Assembly: GCA_951406725.2 (NCBI GenBank)
Contig: OX597814.1
Span: 122,140,001 to 122,204,000 of the forward strand
Length of the DNA stretch: 64,000 nt
Source: Octopus vulgaris
Taxonomy: Eukaryota
Reading direction: 5' to 3'
The translations under genes were made by a program, and so were the position numbers. The notes beneath the pieces were generated by a model, which saw only the letters and a list, made by a program, of their open reading frames with translations, was not told the DNA's origin and ran no database searches. Shown here piece by piece: positions 11,690 to 27,039 of this stretch (its first letter is position 1; each line of letters opens with the position of its first letter).

Positions 11690-14010
11690 ATGAAAGGAAG
11701 CGGCTGGAATCTACCTGTGCTCTGATTGACGATACATCTAGCGATGGTGTCATAATAAAAACACCGGTAATTGCGCAACCTGAAAATCGCTACTTCGTAT
11801 CAGTGACAATGAAATAACAAAATATTTTGAATAACGATGGAATTGAAACTGAAGCCCTTGATTGTGACAGTGTTGTACCTGGCAGGCTCAGACATACTGG
11901 TCCAACTCCAGTCTGTCTTTATCCAGCAAGGGACCAGCACACATAGTGTAGATGAAATAAACAAGTCAAAGTTGAGGTCATGGAGAGTTACAACATGAGC
12001 AACCATGTAGACGAAAGTGGTGTTCATATTAGGGGATATCGAAAACGTATGTATGATCAAGTGAGAGGAAGAGGAGTGTTTCAACTCACGGAACAAAGAT
12101 TATGTGATCAACTAGAGCAATAAGAAAAAAAAATCGTTGGCTCACAGAAGTAGAGCTCGAAGCTATCAAAAGACGGGTAATGGAAAACAGGAGCGGAGAA
12201 ACCGTTCCTACTGATAAAAGTAATTTCACAGCAGAAAACAGGGTGAAACTTCTAATAAAGCACAGGAAAAGAACAGTGATAGCTTGATTGATGAGAGATA
12301 TATAGATGGTTTGGAAGAAGACAATAAAACTGATGGAGACTGGACAGATGGGCAAAAGGCAATCTACGACAGAATGAATACAAAGCTACAGGAGAAAGGT
12401 AGCAACATTATTTTCAAACTTAAAAAGGATGATCGGTGGAAATTGAATCAAGAAACGAAATATGTGAATGAAATTCTGAAATACATCAGAACAAATAACA
12501 TTACAGAAACAAATAATTTGATCCAGTCAGCAAGTATTGTTGTAGCAGATAATGTGGGTTTTGATGTCAAGAAAAAGAAATATAATGGAAGTGACAAAAG
12601 TAAAGATCCATGGTGGAAAAGAAGAATATAGGCGGGGTTAGATATGCTCTTGAAAGAGATTTCTATGTTAGACCCTAAAGAGAAGGGGTGGTTTAAAAGC
12701 GAATAAAAATCCAGGGCACTGAACACGAAGTATGATATTGAAAGAAAGGGCCTGAAATTAGTAATGGAGGAATTGAAACAGCAACTCTTTGCAAAGAATG
12801 CAAAGATTGTACAATACAACAAAAGAATTAAGGGATACCAACAATAGTAGATCACAATAGATTCTACTAAGAAATAAATGGAGAGTGTACAGATGAAAAG
12901 TTGATACCAGATAACATTGAAAGTATCTGGAGTAAAGACAAGGAGCTCAAGAAGGATGTTGAATGGCTGCAAGAACTGAAACAAACAATATTCTGTCCAA
13001 AATAGGCAGAATTAGTCATTTCAGTTAGGGAAGTGAAGAAAATCAGCGCAAAAAAAAGAAGAAGGCAATTGGAAGGCCCCGGGAACAGATGGGGTTCAAG
13101 GCTACTAGATCAAAAGATTTGGGGAATGGCTGCACAACGCAACATCTTGTTACATGCCGACCAATTAACACCAGAGTGGTTGACAATGGGTAGGACAGAG
13201 ATGTTTCCACATATGTGAAAATTATTGACTGAAATAGTCGCAGAGTCAATGTACGGACATCTGGTAAAAACGGAGTCATGCTACATGAGCAGAAGGGTTG
13301 CAGGCGTAAGTGCAGAGGTACCAAAGATCAGTTCCTGGTAGATAAAACTGTACTTAGAGACTGGATAAAAAGGCTACTGGATCAAAAGATTTGGTGAATG
13401 TCATGCACGAATAGCCGCACAACTCAACAACTTGTTACATGCCAACAAAGTAATACCAGAGTGGTTGACAATGGGTATACAAAACTGTACTTAGAGACTG
13501 CAAGTGGTGGAAAACTAACTTAATTGAATAACATGGATTGATTATCGTAAGGATTACGATATGATCCCACATTCTTGGATTATGGATTGTATGAATCTGC
13601 TTCGTATTGCATCACATATTGAGCGATTACTTGGAAAAAGTGTGTTGAAGTGGAGGACGGAAGTGACAGCATATGGAAGAAGTTTAGGGACAATAGAAAT
13701 CAGGAAAGGCATCTTCCAAGGGGACTATCTTTCCCCACTGATCTTTGTACTGAGCAGGAAACCACTAACACTGATTCTGAGGAAAGCAAAGGCTGTGTAT
13801 GTATTCAAGAGCCACCAACAAAAAGGCAACCCCTCGTTATTCATGGATTACCTCAAACTTTATGGTAAAGATGAATCCTAAGACAGTTCCTTCGTTGATA
13901 CGGTCTATACTTTCAATGCTGATATAAGAATGGATTTGGGATTGAATAAGTATGGTGTGTTAGTCTTGAAGTGAGGCAAAATCAAATGTATTGATGGGTT
14001 AACGGTACAT
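11690..14010 (+). mobile_element. R4/Dong-like LINE, apparently 5'-complete, 3' part displaced (pseudogenised)
   Basis: ATG at 11809; N-terminal domain VEVMESY..GYRKRMYDQ..TEQRLCDQ..WLTEVELE; PWWKRRI; RT motifs IPHSWI, GIFQGDYLSP, LFMDY; many stops. Confidence 0.85.
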
Positions 14011-14014
14011 TGTT

Positions 14015-14377
14015 TCATGTACATTGTTTTGTCTTGGTATAAAAGATGGGCTACAAGAAATATTCTGCTCAATACCACAGATATGCTTGACAGTTTTTTT
14101 TATCTTAACCAGTTGAGCATGTCCCTTGGTGGTTAACGATATGGTCGGCTCTAATCATGAGCAGAAATAGTGGAAACATGGGGGTTTCTTTCAACATCCT
14201 TAAACAATCCTTATTCAGAGACCTTTTGAACAGGATGGGCTACTCGACTTGAACAGATTCTAACCGGGTCCCACCTGCAAGCTAATACGTTGTTTATCTT
14301 GATATGAAATCACCATGTCGTGCTGATACGGTTGTGAAGTATCTGCTTGGTGTCCCCTTATCAGGTACATAGTCAAG
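14015..14377 (+). mobile_element. Truncated, diverged copy 3 of the ~550 bp element
   Basis: Matches 10465-10905; joins the LINE through a GTACATTGTTT microhomology. Confidence 0.85.
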
Positions 14378-14384
14378 AAGAAAA

Positions 14385-14905
14385 AACGTCGTTAAGTGAG
14401 TGCATGGGATGTAAGCCAAATTTTTAGACTGGAATTGACAGTAAAGTGACACGAACACCAGACTGAGACAGTGATGTTGAATGATAATTACAGGATCATA
14501 TAGGATTTCTCCTTAAAGGCTGATCATAATATTGAAATAAGGAGACCAATTACGATCAGAGAAAGCAGAAAGAAACTGAAAAATCGATAATTCGAATTCA
14601 CTGTGATAGTAGAATGGGTATGAAAGGAATACAAAATTGAGAAATATCAGAATTTAGCCAACGAGATGAAGAGATTGCAGAACCCAACTGTGACAATTAT
14701 TCCTATACTATTGGGTATACATGGCAGAACGCCCAGATTGGTACCTAAGGGAGTGAAGGATATTGGAATTCAGACCCGCATTGTTGACTTATAGAAAAGA
14801 ACAATCATGTATTCTGAACGATTTCAAAGAAAGATTCTTGAGACTTCAGGAGACTTGTCGCCAAATCTTATGACAACATCCCTGCAATCTAATATTGCAG
14901 GTAAT
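14385..14905 (+). mobile_element. Degraded RLE C-terminus of an R4-like LINE
   Basis: KIEKYQNLANEMKRL..VTIIPILLG. Confidence 0.7.
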
Positions 14906-14923
14906 AAATTTAATAATAGTATT

Positions 14924-15131
14924 TTAAATTCTGACACAAGATTAGTGATTTTAGAGAAAGAGAGAGAGGGGAGTGTTAGTCGAATACTTCAACACCTGTA
15001 ATTAACTGGTACTCTACTTTATCGACACCGAAAGGATGAAAGACAGAATTTGATCTCAGAAAGGAAACATTCAAAAGAATGGCCGCTGAGCATTTTGTCC
15101 GATGCACTAACGATTCTACCGTACGCCGCCT
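14924..15131 (-). mobile_element. SINE family B (core CTTTCATCCTTTCGGGGTCGATAAA..GTACCAG, resembling the Meta-SINE domain)
   Basis: Shares head GGCGGCG..GGCAGAATCGTTAG and the core with the other copies. Confidence 0.8.
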
Positions 15132-15249
15132 TAATAATAAAGATAATTGCTTCGAAATTTGACACAAGGCCAATAATTGCGGTGGGTGAACGTAATGACG
15201 CGCTAATGACTCTGCTCGTCATCATCTTAATAACAGTCATAATGATGAT

Positions 15250-15280
<31 letters not shown>

Positions 15281-15282
15281 CA

Positions 15283-15364
<82 letters not shown>

Positions 15365-15384
15365 TTTATAATAATAATATAGTA

Positions 15385-15765
15385 TTAACTGAGAAAGAGA
15401 GAAACGATGATGGATTATAGATACAGCATGCCCAGCTGACAACAAGATATGCAATAAGTAAAAAAGAAAAGTCGATAGATATGACAAGTAAGCTTGGTAG
15501 ATTAAGAAGTTGTGCTTGGTAAAAAAGGTGGTAGCAGTACCAATGATAGTCGGATCCCAGGGAATAGTGAGTAAAAGTCTTGAGAAGTACTCGTAGTAAA
15601 CAGGGCTGCAATAAGGGTGGAACACTTGCAGAAACCAGTATTGCTTGGGACCGCTCAAAATCTCCGGAAGGTGCTCGAAAAATAAGGTGTGTTACCTTAG
15701 TTCACTGGTAGTGAACAGCTGGCACCGTAGTACATCTCCAGCGTTAGACGCTGTGGGAAGACAAT
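15385..15765 (+). mobile_element. 3' end of an R4-like LINE in (AAT)n
   Basis: WIIDTACPAD..VVAVPMIVG..LGTAQNLRKVLEK*, 3'UTR, then (AAT)n. Confidence 0.8.
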
Positions 15766-15796
15766 AAATAATAATAATAATAATAATAATAAAAAT

Positions 15797-15888
<92 letters not shown>

Positions 15889-15913
15889 GGACTACGACGA
15901 CGACGATGATGAC

Positions 15914-15949
<36 letters not shown>

Positions 15950-16499
15950 AAATGATGCAGTAGCAGGCAGTGGGTCTCGCGGCTTCTGATCTTAACTGAT
16001 TGGAGGTGTTATTATGTACATTGTTTTGTCTTGGTATAAAAGATGGGCTACAGCAAATATTTTGCTCAATACCACAGATTTGTTTGTCAGTTGTTTGACC
16101 TTAACCAGTTGACTATGTGCCATAGTAGCTAACGATATGTGCATCTCTGATCACGAGCAGAAATAGTGGGGAAGCATCATAGCCCTGTGTTGAGAGGAAT
16201 TCTTGAAGGTTTGAATAATTCACCTTTGGAAACATGGGTGGTTCGTTCGCATTCCTAGAGAATACTTATTCAGAAACCCTTTGAGCGGGATGGGCTACTC
16301 GACCAGAAAAAACTTCTAACTGGGCCCCACCTGCAAGGACATGTGCTGTTTATCTTGATGTGAGATCACGATGTTACGCACATATGGTTGTGATGCACGT
16401 GCCTTTGTGTACCCTTATCAGATTGGTAGTCATGATGGGTAACTGCGCTTCGTATATTTTACCCGTGTCACTTTGATGGTATGCACTGCTCTCGCACTC
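15950..16499 (+). mobile_element. ~550 bp (AAT)n-targeted element, copy 4
   Basis: Collinear with copies 1 and 2. Confidence 0.9.
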
Positions 16500-18500
<2,001 letters not shown>

Positions 18501-18501
18501 A

Positions 18502-18574
<73 letters not shown>

Positions 18575-18889
18575 TTAATAATAATAATAATAATAACAAT
18601 AATAATAATAATTTTATTATCCCACAGGTGCATAGATGAGGAAATATAACAAGGACACGCAACAATGTGAATGAGGATTTACATACAAGTTGAGAAGAAA
18701 TAGAAATGAAAATAATTCTTTCGACAACAGGCTTTAGGGCTGAAAATTAGGGGATTACATCTCCTTCTGTGCTCACGTGGCGCTGAATTTATCAACGCTG
18801 AATAGATAAAAAGCTGTTTTCCTCCGCGGAACTTAAACCTCTATTTACCACATCGGCGTCCGTCGAAGAAAGTGTTTTACAAAGTTAGG

Positions 18890-19240
18890 TTCGAATTTCT
18901 GTAAGTGGGATTTACACAAAATCGAGTAAGAATCATAATGATACTAACTTTTTTACATCATGCGAGCGCCTTTCAAAACATCAACTCAAGAAAGCAGTCG
19001 AATATTATTTGGTGTTTTGAGAATCAGGGAAAACATATATAAAGTTCTTTAATTCTTACCACAACAATAACAACAGAAATAAATTTGGAAGTGAATTCTG
19101 TATTCAGAGCTAATGGCTACACATTTGTTGAGAGTATAAAACGAGAATGAGTCGTTAATGCCTTTCATGAACAGCAATGATAATTGCAATAATAAAATAT
19201 GATGAAATGTGTCAACACTTTATAGGTTTGAGATAAAATA
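18890..19240 (+). pseudogene. Relic exon: EGF end plus N-terminal half of a Caspr-type FBG
   Basis: GFTQN / NFFTSCERLSKHQLKKAVEYYLV / ITTEINLEVNSVFRANGY / IAIIKYDEMCQHFIGL (cf. Y..SCEAY.H, V.G[FY], QI.AI...E.CEQ.I). Confidence 0.65.
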
Positions 19241-19359
19241 TAAAATATGACAAAACAGAATAAGTTTGACATACGAATCAATAAGTCTACTTCTATAATT
19301 TCATAGCATTTCACTAAATTTATATTTCTCTTTCCCTCTCTCAATAAATTCCTATAAAT

Positions 19360-19835
19360 ATTATTGCTGCTGCTGCGACTACTGCTGTTAATGCTGTTTG
19401 TGTTGTTCCTGTTATGTTTGTCGTTGTTGTTGTTCCTTGTGTTGACGTTTGTGCTGTTGTTGATGGTGCGTTCTTGTTTGTGTTTTCTTATGGTGTTGTT
19501 ACTGATTGTGTTGTTGCTGTTTGTGTCCTCGTTGAGGATTGTATTGTTGTTAGTTTTTCTTAGCATGTTTGTGTTAACGTCGGAGTCGTTCCCTGAGTTG
19601 CTGTTTGTCTTCTCGTTTGCGTTGTCGTTGTCTATATTGGTGGGGGGTTTTTTGCAGTTGTTTGCGTTGATGTTTTTACTGTTCCTGTTGTTCTTGTTGT
19701 TTACATTGTTTGGCTTGTTTTTGTAATGATGTGTGAGCTCTTGTCTGTTTCGTTGTTATGTTATATATATGTTTTTTACAGTTGTGTAAACTACTGTTGT
19801 TGTTTGTTATAGTTGATTTGCTGTTTGTGCTTTTG
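19360..19835. repeat. Degenerate (GTT)n low-complexity tract
   Basis: Seen directly; gives L/V-rich and N/T-rich spurious ORFs. Confidence 0.8.
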
Positions 19836-20224
19836 TTTACTCTTTACTCATTACTCTTTTACTCTTTTACTTGTTTCAGTCATTTGACTATGGCCATGCT
19901 GGAGCACTGCCTTTAGTCGAGCAAATTGACTCCAGGACTTATTCTTTGGAAGCCTAGTACTTATTCTATCGGTCTCTAAGTTACGGGACATAAACACACC
20001 AGCATCAGTTGTCAAGCGATACTGGAGGGGGGAAAACACAGACACACAAACATATACACACACACATACATATATATACATATATACGACGGGCTTCTTT
20101 CAGTTTCCGTCTACTAAATCCACTCACAAGGCTTTGGTCGACACGAGGTTATAGTAGAAGACACTTTCCCACGAAACCATGTGGTTGGTAAGCAAGCTAC
20201 TTACCACACAGACACTCCTGCACC
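19836..20224 (-). mobile_element. SINE family A
   Basis: Matches the family, with an internal deletion. Confidence 0.9.
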
Positions 20225-20284
20225 CTTTTTGTTCACTTTGATTTGCTTCTTTTGTTTAACTACTGAATGAAACAGGATTACGAG

Positions 20285-20560
20285 CGAAGACGTTTCGTCC
20301 GTGATCACTACGCTATGCATCTTTACACTCTCGAGCGTCTATTGTTATAAGACAATATGGTGTGATTTGAGATTTAAAGCCAATGTTAAGAGCCCTTTGT
20401 TTCGCGTTAGATTCACCTTAGTCTTTGCTTGTTTCATTCTCTTACTGGTTTTAACCAATTCACTGATGTCATACTTGAACATTGCCTTGAAAAGTGTATT
20501 CATTCAAATCACACCATCACCACAAAATCTCTATGTAACAGGGATATAAATTTGCACCGA
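20285..20560 (+). pseudogene. Relic exon(s) with PAN/apple-like cysteine pattern
   Basis: SSVYCYKTIWCDL and FTDVILEHCLEKCIHSNHTITTKSLC (cf. V.LE.C...C......C.S..Y....C.L). Confidence 0.4.
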
Positions 20561-20819
20561 TTGGCAGGCGCTCAGAGACAGATGCAAATACTCCGCGTGC
20601 ATACGTGCCTGTGTTGTACCTGCTATGTGCATTATGCTACTCTGCGGTATCAGGTTCAATCTCACTGCGTGTCTCCTTGAGCAAGTTTGTCATGCGCCAT
20701 GACAAGTCTGGGTAGACAAACACTGTGAGTAAAATATGGTATGCGGTGCCTGTGTTGTGCTTACTTATCTCCAGACAATAAACCTGTCCTTTTCCTTAAA
20801 AGCTTATCAACTATAAACA

Positions 20820-21000
20820 CTGGTGGTGGTGGCGGCGGCGGTGGGGGTGGGGGTGGGGTTGTGGTGGTGGCAGTGGCGGTGGTGATGGTGGGGTATTTGC
20901 GGTGTTTGTAGTGGTGGTGGGGGGGTAGTTGTGGTGTTCGTGGTGGTGGTGGCGGTATTGTTGGTACTGGCGGCGGCGGTGGTGGTGCTGTTCGTGGTGG
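20820..21000. repeat. Degenerate (GGT)n tract
   Basis: Seen directly. Confidence 0.85.
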
Positions 21001-21519
21001 AGCTAAACGTGGCTATGTTGCACGTCTACTGCCCAACAATATTCTCTCTCAGTGATTTCCAGTCAGACACCGCAGACCATATTTTACTCACAATGTTTGC
21101 CTCACCTAACTTCATGTCTGATGACATTCTTGCCCAAGGAGACACACACCGAGATTCAACATCATAGTATAACGTACTTCCTATCTACGTGGCCATGCCT
21201 GCATCTTTAATCTGTAGACGTGGTGAGGGAGACTAATAAGTGTTTTACTTTTAATGAAATTATCTTTATTATGAAAGTAAATGTCATAACATTTTATCAG
21301 AGATGGTAAAACAGTAAGGATCCGGATTAAATTATTAGTTATGGTAATTAATTACGTTGAATTAGATAGAACTCATACATTTTTACGAGGATCAATTTTG
21401 CTTTTTAGCTTTTGTATAGTCGATAAAATTAGTTGCACTTAAGCACTGCAAGTTAACTCGGAAGATTGTGATATCCCTTCAAAAGATCCATTTATTTGTA
21501 CTATAGTAAGAAAACATTA

Positions 21520-22495
21520 TACGAGGTTTATACAGTTAGAAATGCAATAATGGGCATAACTCATTTATATATTGATTTAGGATGTTCCAAACAGAGCATG
21601 TTGGTAAAGTAACTCTCCCTTTACACAAAGATTCTATTGAATATAATCTCCTCAAACGTTGCATTTACCCCATCGTTGAACTCAAATCTGAAATACTTTT
21701 TGAAAAGTATTTGGTGTGCATTTTCTATCCACTACTTCACAGCTACTTCGACTTTGTGTGAGTCGTAAAATCCTTGTTCCCGAAGACCCTACTGACACAA
21801 AAGTGAGTATAACAAAAATAAATGATTGCTTGCTTTTAAACGTCTTAGATCATGAAGAATATAGGTGACGCCATTCCACAGACTTGAACCTCCGTTTTTA
21901 GATCTGATACATACATCCATATTTTATCATCTGTTATATCAAGTCGGAAAAATGCATATTGATATTGCCTTTAAATTCGTCCAGCAAATTAGGACTGACT
22001 TCCACACCCTCCTCTCCTCCAAATCATATGTCAGCTGCCGAGGTACCCACTAAGCACATATTTCCCGTTAACCAAAATCTTCCTCCATCTGCTATGATGC
22101 ATTACGACAACATTCTATTTGTGTAGTAAGCTCGTGGATTATGTGCCGTCTGTTTGCGGTAATCAGTTTGTCCATCCGCTGATTGTTTCCCACTTCGTGG
22201 GGTTTTTTTTTAAACTGATGTTCCTTTCTTTAAGACATTCAACCATTTGGGCAAAATGTTCTTGTCAGCAGCCTCCATATACAACCTATTGCTTTCTATG
22301 GATGTCGGACAGCTTGCAGTTCTTCGTCGAGAATTCGGTGACATTAGGTGGCTTCTGCTCGGATCCTATAATGTACTTCAGAAGAGGGATTATAGCGGAT
22401 GCAATACTTTATCAACATGCACCGTTGGAACGATCTGTGCTAGTTATTAAACAACGTCATATCTGCATTTGCATCATTTTTGAATAATTACCGTT
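21520..22495 (-). mobile_element. Degraded mariner transposon
   Basis: Minus-strand translation IHRKQ*VVYG ... ICA*WVPRQLT; left end TA-CGAGG. Confidence 0.7.
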
Positions 22496-22509
22496 TTAGT
22501 AACACAAGT

Positions 22510-22624
22510 GAGAACAGGTAGCTTCCTTACATCGTGTTAGAAGTATTGATTCTGTTTATAACTTTAACGCTCTTGGAATATGCCTAAATTCCACAATTTC
22601 TCAAGCACTCTCAGTGTAGTTCAG
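22510..22624 (+). pseudogene. Relic exon: PAN/apple-like C-terminal half
   Basis: LTSC/RSIDSVYNFNALGICLNST (cf. CRS.D....C.L.S); perfect CAG|GTGAGT donor at 22622-22630. Confidence 0.45.
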
Positions 22625-23059
22625 GTGAGTAGTAAAAAAACATTTTTATTGGTATGAAAATGAAAATATTGTGAGGTTGCTAGCAAACAACATAAAAGCG
22701 TAGCTCTTTATTGAAGCATTTACACACCTTCACAGGGCGATATCTGTTTCTTCTTTTAGCATATTCTCATATGGTTCTCCACTGTTTATAGAATTTTGGT
22801 TCCATTATATATTAAAGGTGGCCTTTGAGAAAATAAAAGAATACATAGAAGTAGTTATAACCATGTTAAACACACTCGCGCGTGCACACACACACACGCA
22901 CGCACATACACACACACACAGACACACACACACACAGACACACACATATATATATATATGTGCACAGACACATATACTTGAGTTATATTTTCAATTAGAG
23001 CTTAACGACTACATAACATGGCGTAGCTGAATGGTCAAGAATCTTAATTCTTTCCTACT

Positions 23060-23434
23060 GAAGACACAACACCCGAAACTTTTATGGAGAGGTACAGTCG
23101 ATTATATCGACCGCAGTACGCAAGTGGTACTTAATTTATCGACCCCGAAATGTTGAAAGGCAAAGTCGAACTTGGCGGAATTTGAACAAAGAACGTAGCG
23201 GCAGACGAAATATTTCTTTCTTTACTACCCACAAGGGGCTAAACACAGTGAGGACAAACAAGGACAGACAAATGGATTAAGTCGATTACATCGACACCAG
23301 TGAGTCACTGGTACTTAATTTATCGACCCCGAAAGGCAAAGTCGACCTCGGCGGAATTTGAACTCAGAACGTAACGGCAGACGAAATACTGCTGAGCATT
23401 TCGCCAGGCGTGCTGACGATTCTGCCAGCTCGCC
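23060..23434 (-). mobile_element. SINE family B, dimeric form
   Basis: Two cores joined by a linker also seen at 35328-35725. Confidence 0.85.
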
Positions 23435-24373
23435 AAGAATCTTGATTAATAAACGAACATGTGCAGAGGAATATGGAATAGAGAGTAACATAATATAATC
23501 AATAAAGAACATTTAAATACAAAGAAACAGTTTAGACGGTTTGATAATTTCTAATTGGAGAATAGGGTTTAAACGACTGTAGTTTAAGTACATTTACTTA
23601 TAAATGGAATATAAGACTACGTTAAATGTAAATCGAAAAATCCAGTGCTATGTTTAACCTTTAAGTTTTATTATGTAAGCGGGAAAGTTAAATGCACTGA
23701 AGTAATCCTGTAACTCGCAGTGAAATATTTATTCGAAAAGGTAACTTTAAAAATAACAATCAGAAAGAGAGTGACATTTGATATTTATCACATATTAAAG
23801 AATTTTTCAATAATAATCTAACCATTTCATGATATAACACAAGCGGACAGAAATAATGCAGAAATAATTCCAATGAAGCACCATGAATGGCAGTAGATTA
23901 CAAAGGATAACAAGATATATTGTTTAAAATATTGAGTAAAGATATTTGAATATAAAAGTATAAAAAAAAGGTTAAGTGCTTTACGAGAAGAAAAGAAAAC
24001 CAAACCTTTACCGATATCATCAGCACCAGTTAATAATAATGGAAATTAGAATTTCTTAGATAAACAACAGTCATGAGAGAAAATACAAAATAAATGTTTT
24101 AAGAAATAAAATTTATGCCACTTCATGGCGTTCTTTGATAGTAAGTGATAGCAACATAAACTGACAAGATATCTCTTAACTCTACGAAATTAATGAGTAT
24201 TCTAATGATGCACAAGAGAACAGACGAAATATGAAACAAACATAACTGACAAAAATAATCTAATTAGTAGAGTAACGCATGTAATAACATAAGAAGCCGT
24301 CATTAACATCAATGAATACTCAATATAGTGTAACATCAAATATAGTCAACTAGCCAGCACTGAATGAATAAAG

Positions 24374-24690
24374 ATTTCTAACGTTGGTACAAAGCCAGAA
24401 AATGTTTGAGAAGGCTCCGAAACGATGCAATCCACTCCAGTATTCAGCTGGTATTTACTTTATAGAAACCGAAAGAAATGAATATGAAGATCTCTCTAGG
24501 TGAAATTGTAACTCACAATCAGCAGGAAGCAAATAAAATTGAATTCAAATTTTGTCACAAAGGCAGCAAGTTCGGGAGTGGTGGATAAGTCGATTACATC
24601 GACCCGAGTCTCCAATTGGAACTTATTTTATCGCCCCCGAAATGCTGAAAGCCTCGGCTAAATTTGAACTCGGAACACAAAGAGGGACGA
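24374..24690 (-). mobile_element. Two diverged family B SINE copies
   Basis: Core and tail remnants. Confidence 0.6.
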
Positions 24691-25344
24691 GGGAAGCAAA
24701 TATATTTTGTAAGCTATTTTGTTCGCTGTGTTTCTTTCCCTACATTTTATGAACATTAAAGAAATAAAACATATTATTCAACATTTGAAACAGAAAACTA
24801 GTAACAATATAATCTCACTCGATTTCTTAAGCTTATTTCATCTGTAGTAGAACTGTGACTGTATTATATACAAAATATATAATTTTCAAATTTCTAGCAT
24901 ATGTAGGAGATCAAAAAAGTTCAGGGGAAGTTATTCGAACCCAGAAATTATTGACAGCTATTTGAAACTTGAAAATGTAGACATTTGTAAAAACCAGAGG
25001 GCACTGCACTGACTAAGTAAAATAGATATTGCGGAAACTATTAAAGAATATTTCAAAAAGGATATATGAAAGAAAACGATATCAATGAGTAACAGATGAA
25101 ATATTTAACATGTTAGATGGTCTATTTAAAAAAAAGACAAAAATAATGATAGAAAATTTGAGCGACAGCGAAAGCGGTATTTGAAATACAAATTTGGAAA
25201 GTGACCAAAACACTTGGCGCAAAAAATGTGTTTGATATCATAGGCACTTTATATAGATAAAAACCTAAAATAATAGAAAAAATATAAGGAAAAATGTAGT
25301 CAAAATATATATATTTTCAAAAAATAGCGATAACTTTTTATCTG

Positions 25345-25589
25345 TTAATTACTCGAGGAAGAGTAATTTTTCGGAGCCTCTGAGTCTAATAGAAAAATGT
25401 AGGCGATCATCAAACTAGATACTTGATACGAACGCTTCAGCAAAGTTACCAAATTATATTGTCGTAGTGTTGAACAGGGTGATGCGTTAACTCTTCGATA
25501 TAAACCAAGTACAGTTACAGAGTATATGTACACATGTTGAGTGTTGTGCACTGTTAAAAAGACGTTATGGAGCAATCGACACAATTTCA
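25345..25589 (-). pseudogene. Relic exon: PAN/apple-like
   Basis: Strong acceptor TTTTCTCAG; open frame KLCRLLHNVFLTVHNTQ..SVTVLGLYRRVNASPCSTLRQYN..SYQVSS; several expected cysteines are replaced. Confidence 0.4.
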
Positions 25590-26173
25590 CTGAGAAAAAT
25601 CAGTTTTTGAATTATTTTTATTAAGAGTTAAGTCACGTTGTCTTTCTTCTCTGTTCTATATTTACAGCAATGGACTCTTTTTCTTTTCATTTGGTGACTC
25701 TATATTATCCTCATATAAAACCACTTAATGCATTTATACGTAACTCTGATCCTCTACTCACCTTTTGACTTACGAATTAAATACTTTTAACAGTTTTTCT
25801 TTTGTAGCGCAACATCTATATAGAGTTCTTCCATCATCCGTGAACTCCATCGTCTAACATTCAACACTTCAAAGGCAACATTAATCGGAATAACCTTACT
25901 CCCCTTACTTGCTTGCTTCTATCCTTTAATCTTAATCTCGGTGTGTGGTGGAGTTCTAGACATATAAAGCTGCGATTAGCTAATAAAAACAATTCAAATA
26001 ACATTAAGAGAAACGCCATCTTATTTCACAACAGACTCACATTCACGCAAGCAACCCCTCATGCATATGTGTGATTATGTAGAATATGTATGTGTATACA
26101 CATAAAATAAATACATACATACATGCATGCATATGTATATAAATACACTCAGATGTATATATATATATATGTG

Positions 26174-26217
<44 letters not shown>

Positions 26218-26779
26218 AATATATATGTATATATATATATATATATATTTCGTTTTGGGATTTGTTTTGCAAGACGGATAGTTACATAGGTAATATGAAC
26301 AGACAAGCACACATACGCGCACATATACACATGCAGACTGAAAGGCATGACCATATATACGCACACAAACTTTACTTCACACAAGGACATACATTGAGAC
26401 ACACGTCCACACATATGGAGATGCACATCGATACATACAAACGCGGTACATAGTTGCAAAACACACACACATTCAGACATGCACACACAAGGAAACAGTG
26501 GTACACATACACGTATACAAATGCACGCACACACACGCACAAATACATATATATAAAAACACACAAACACAGACACGCAAACACATGAATATGCAGAATA
26601 TATACATACAAATATACACACATGCACATGTACATATGCACATACACATACATACATACACACACATGCATGCATACATACATGCATGCGTAAGCAAACA
26701 CACACACACACACACTAACCAACACACATGCACACAAACAAACAAAAAGAATCTCAGTGTGAATAACGGACAGAGTCAA

Positions 26780-26913
26780 AACTATTGAAAAAGTTGCAAG
26801 AAGCAACGAAAATTTTAGAAAAATAAAAAAAACAATCGGGAATTTTACCGGTGAGTGTGTTAAATTATAAGGCAATAAATGAGAATGACTCTCTACTCTC
26901 CCCAGGCACAACA
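26780..26913 (+). repeat. Dispersed repeat shared with 58391-58510
   Basis: ACTATTGAAAA.GTTGCAAGA..AATTTTACCGGTGA.TGTGTTAAATTATAAG..CTCCCCAG.CACAACAG. Confidence 0.85.
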
Positions 26914-26984
<71 letters not shown>

Positions 26985-27039
26985 CAGAGAGAAAGAGAGA
27001 CAGAGACAGAGAAAGAGAGACAGAGGAACGGACAGACTT

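Noticed and set aside
19165-19726. Hydrophobic 120 aa and Asn-rich 133 aa overlapping ORFs
   Set aside because: Both arise from a decayed (GTT)n tract.
20285-20330. Minus-strand GAAACGTC suggesting a hammerhead
   Set aside because: No CTGANGA core and no stem II.
20820-21000. G-quadruplex or Gly/Val-rich exon
   Set aside because: Simple (GGT)n decay with no evidence of function.
23440-25330. A-rich stretch that may be an old LINE ORF1
   Set aside because: No diagnostic motif could be recovered by eye.
25700-25900. Minus-strand VLNVRR..IDVALQ as an APE N-terminus
   Set aside because: Too short and degenerate to support a call.
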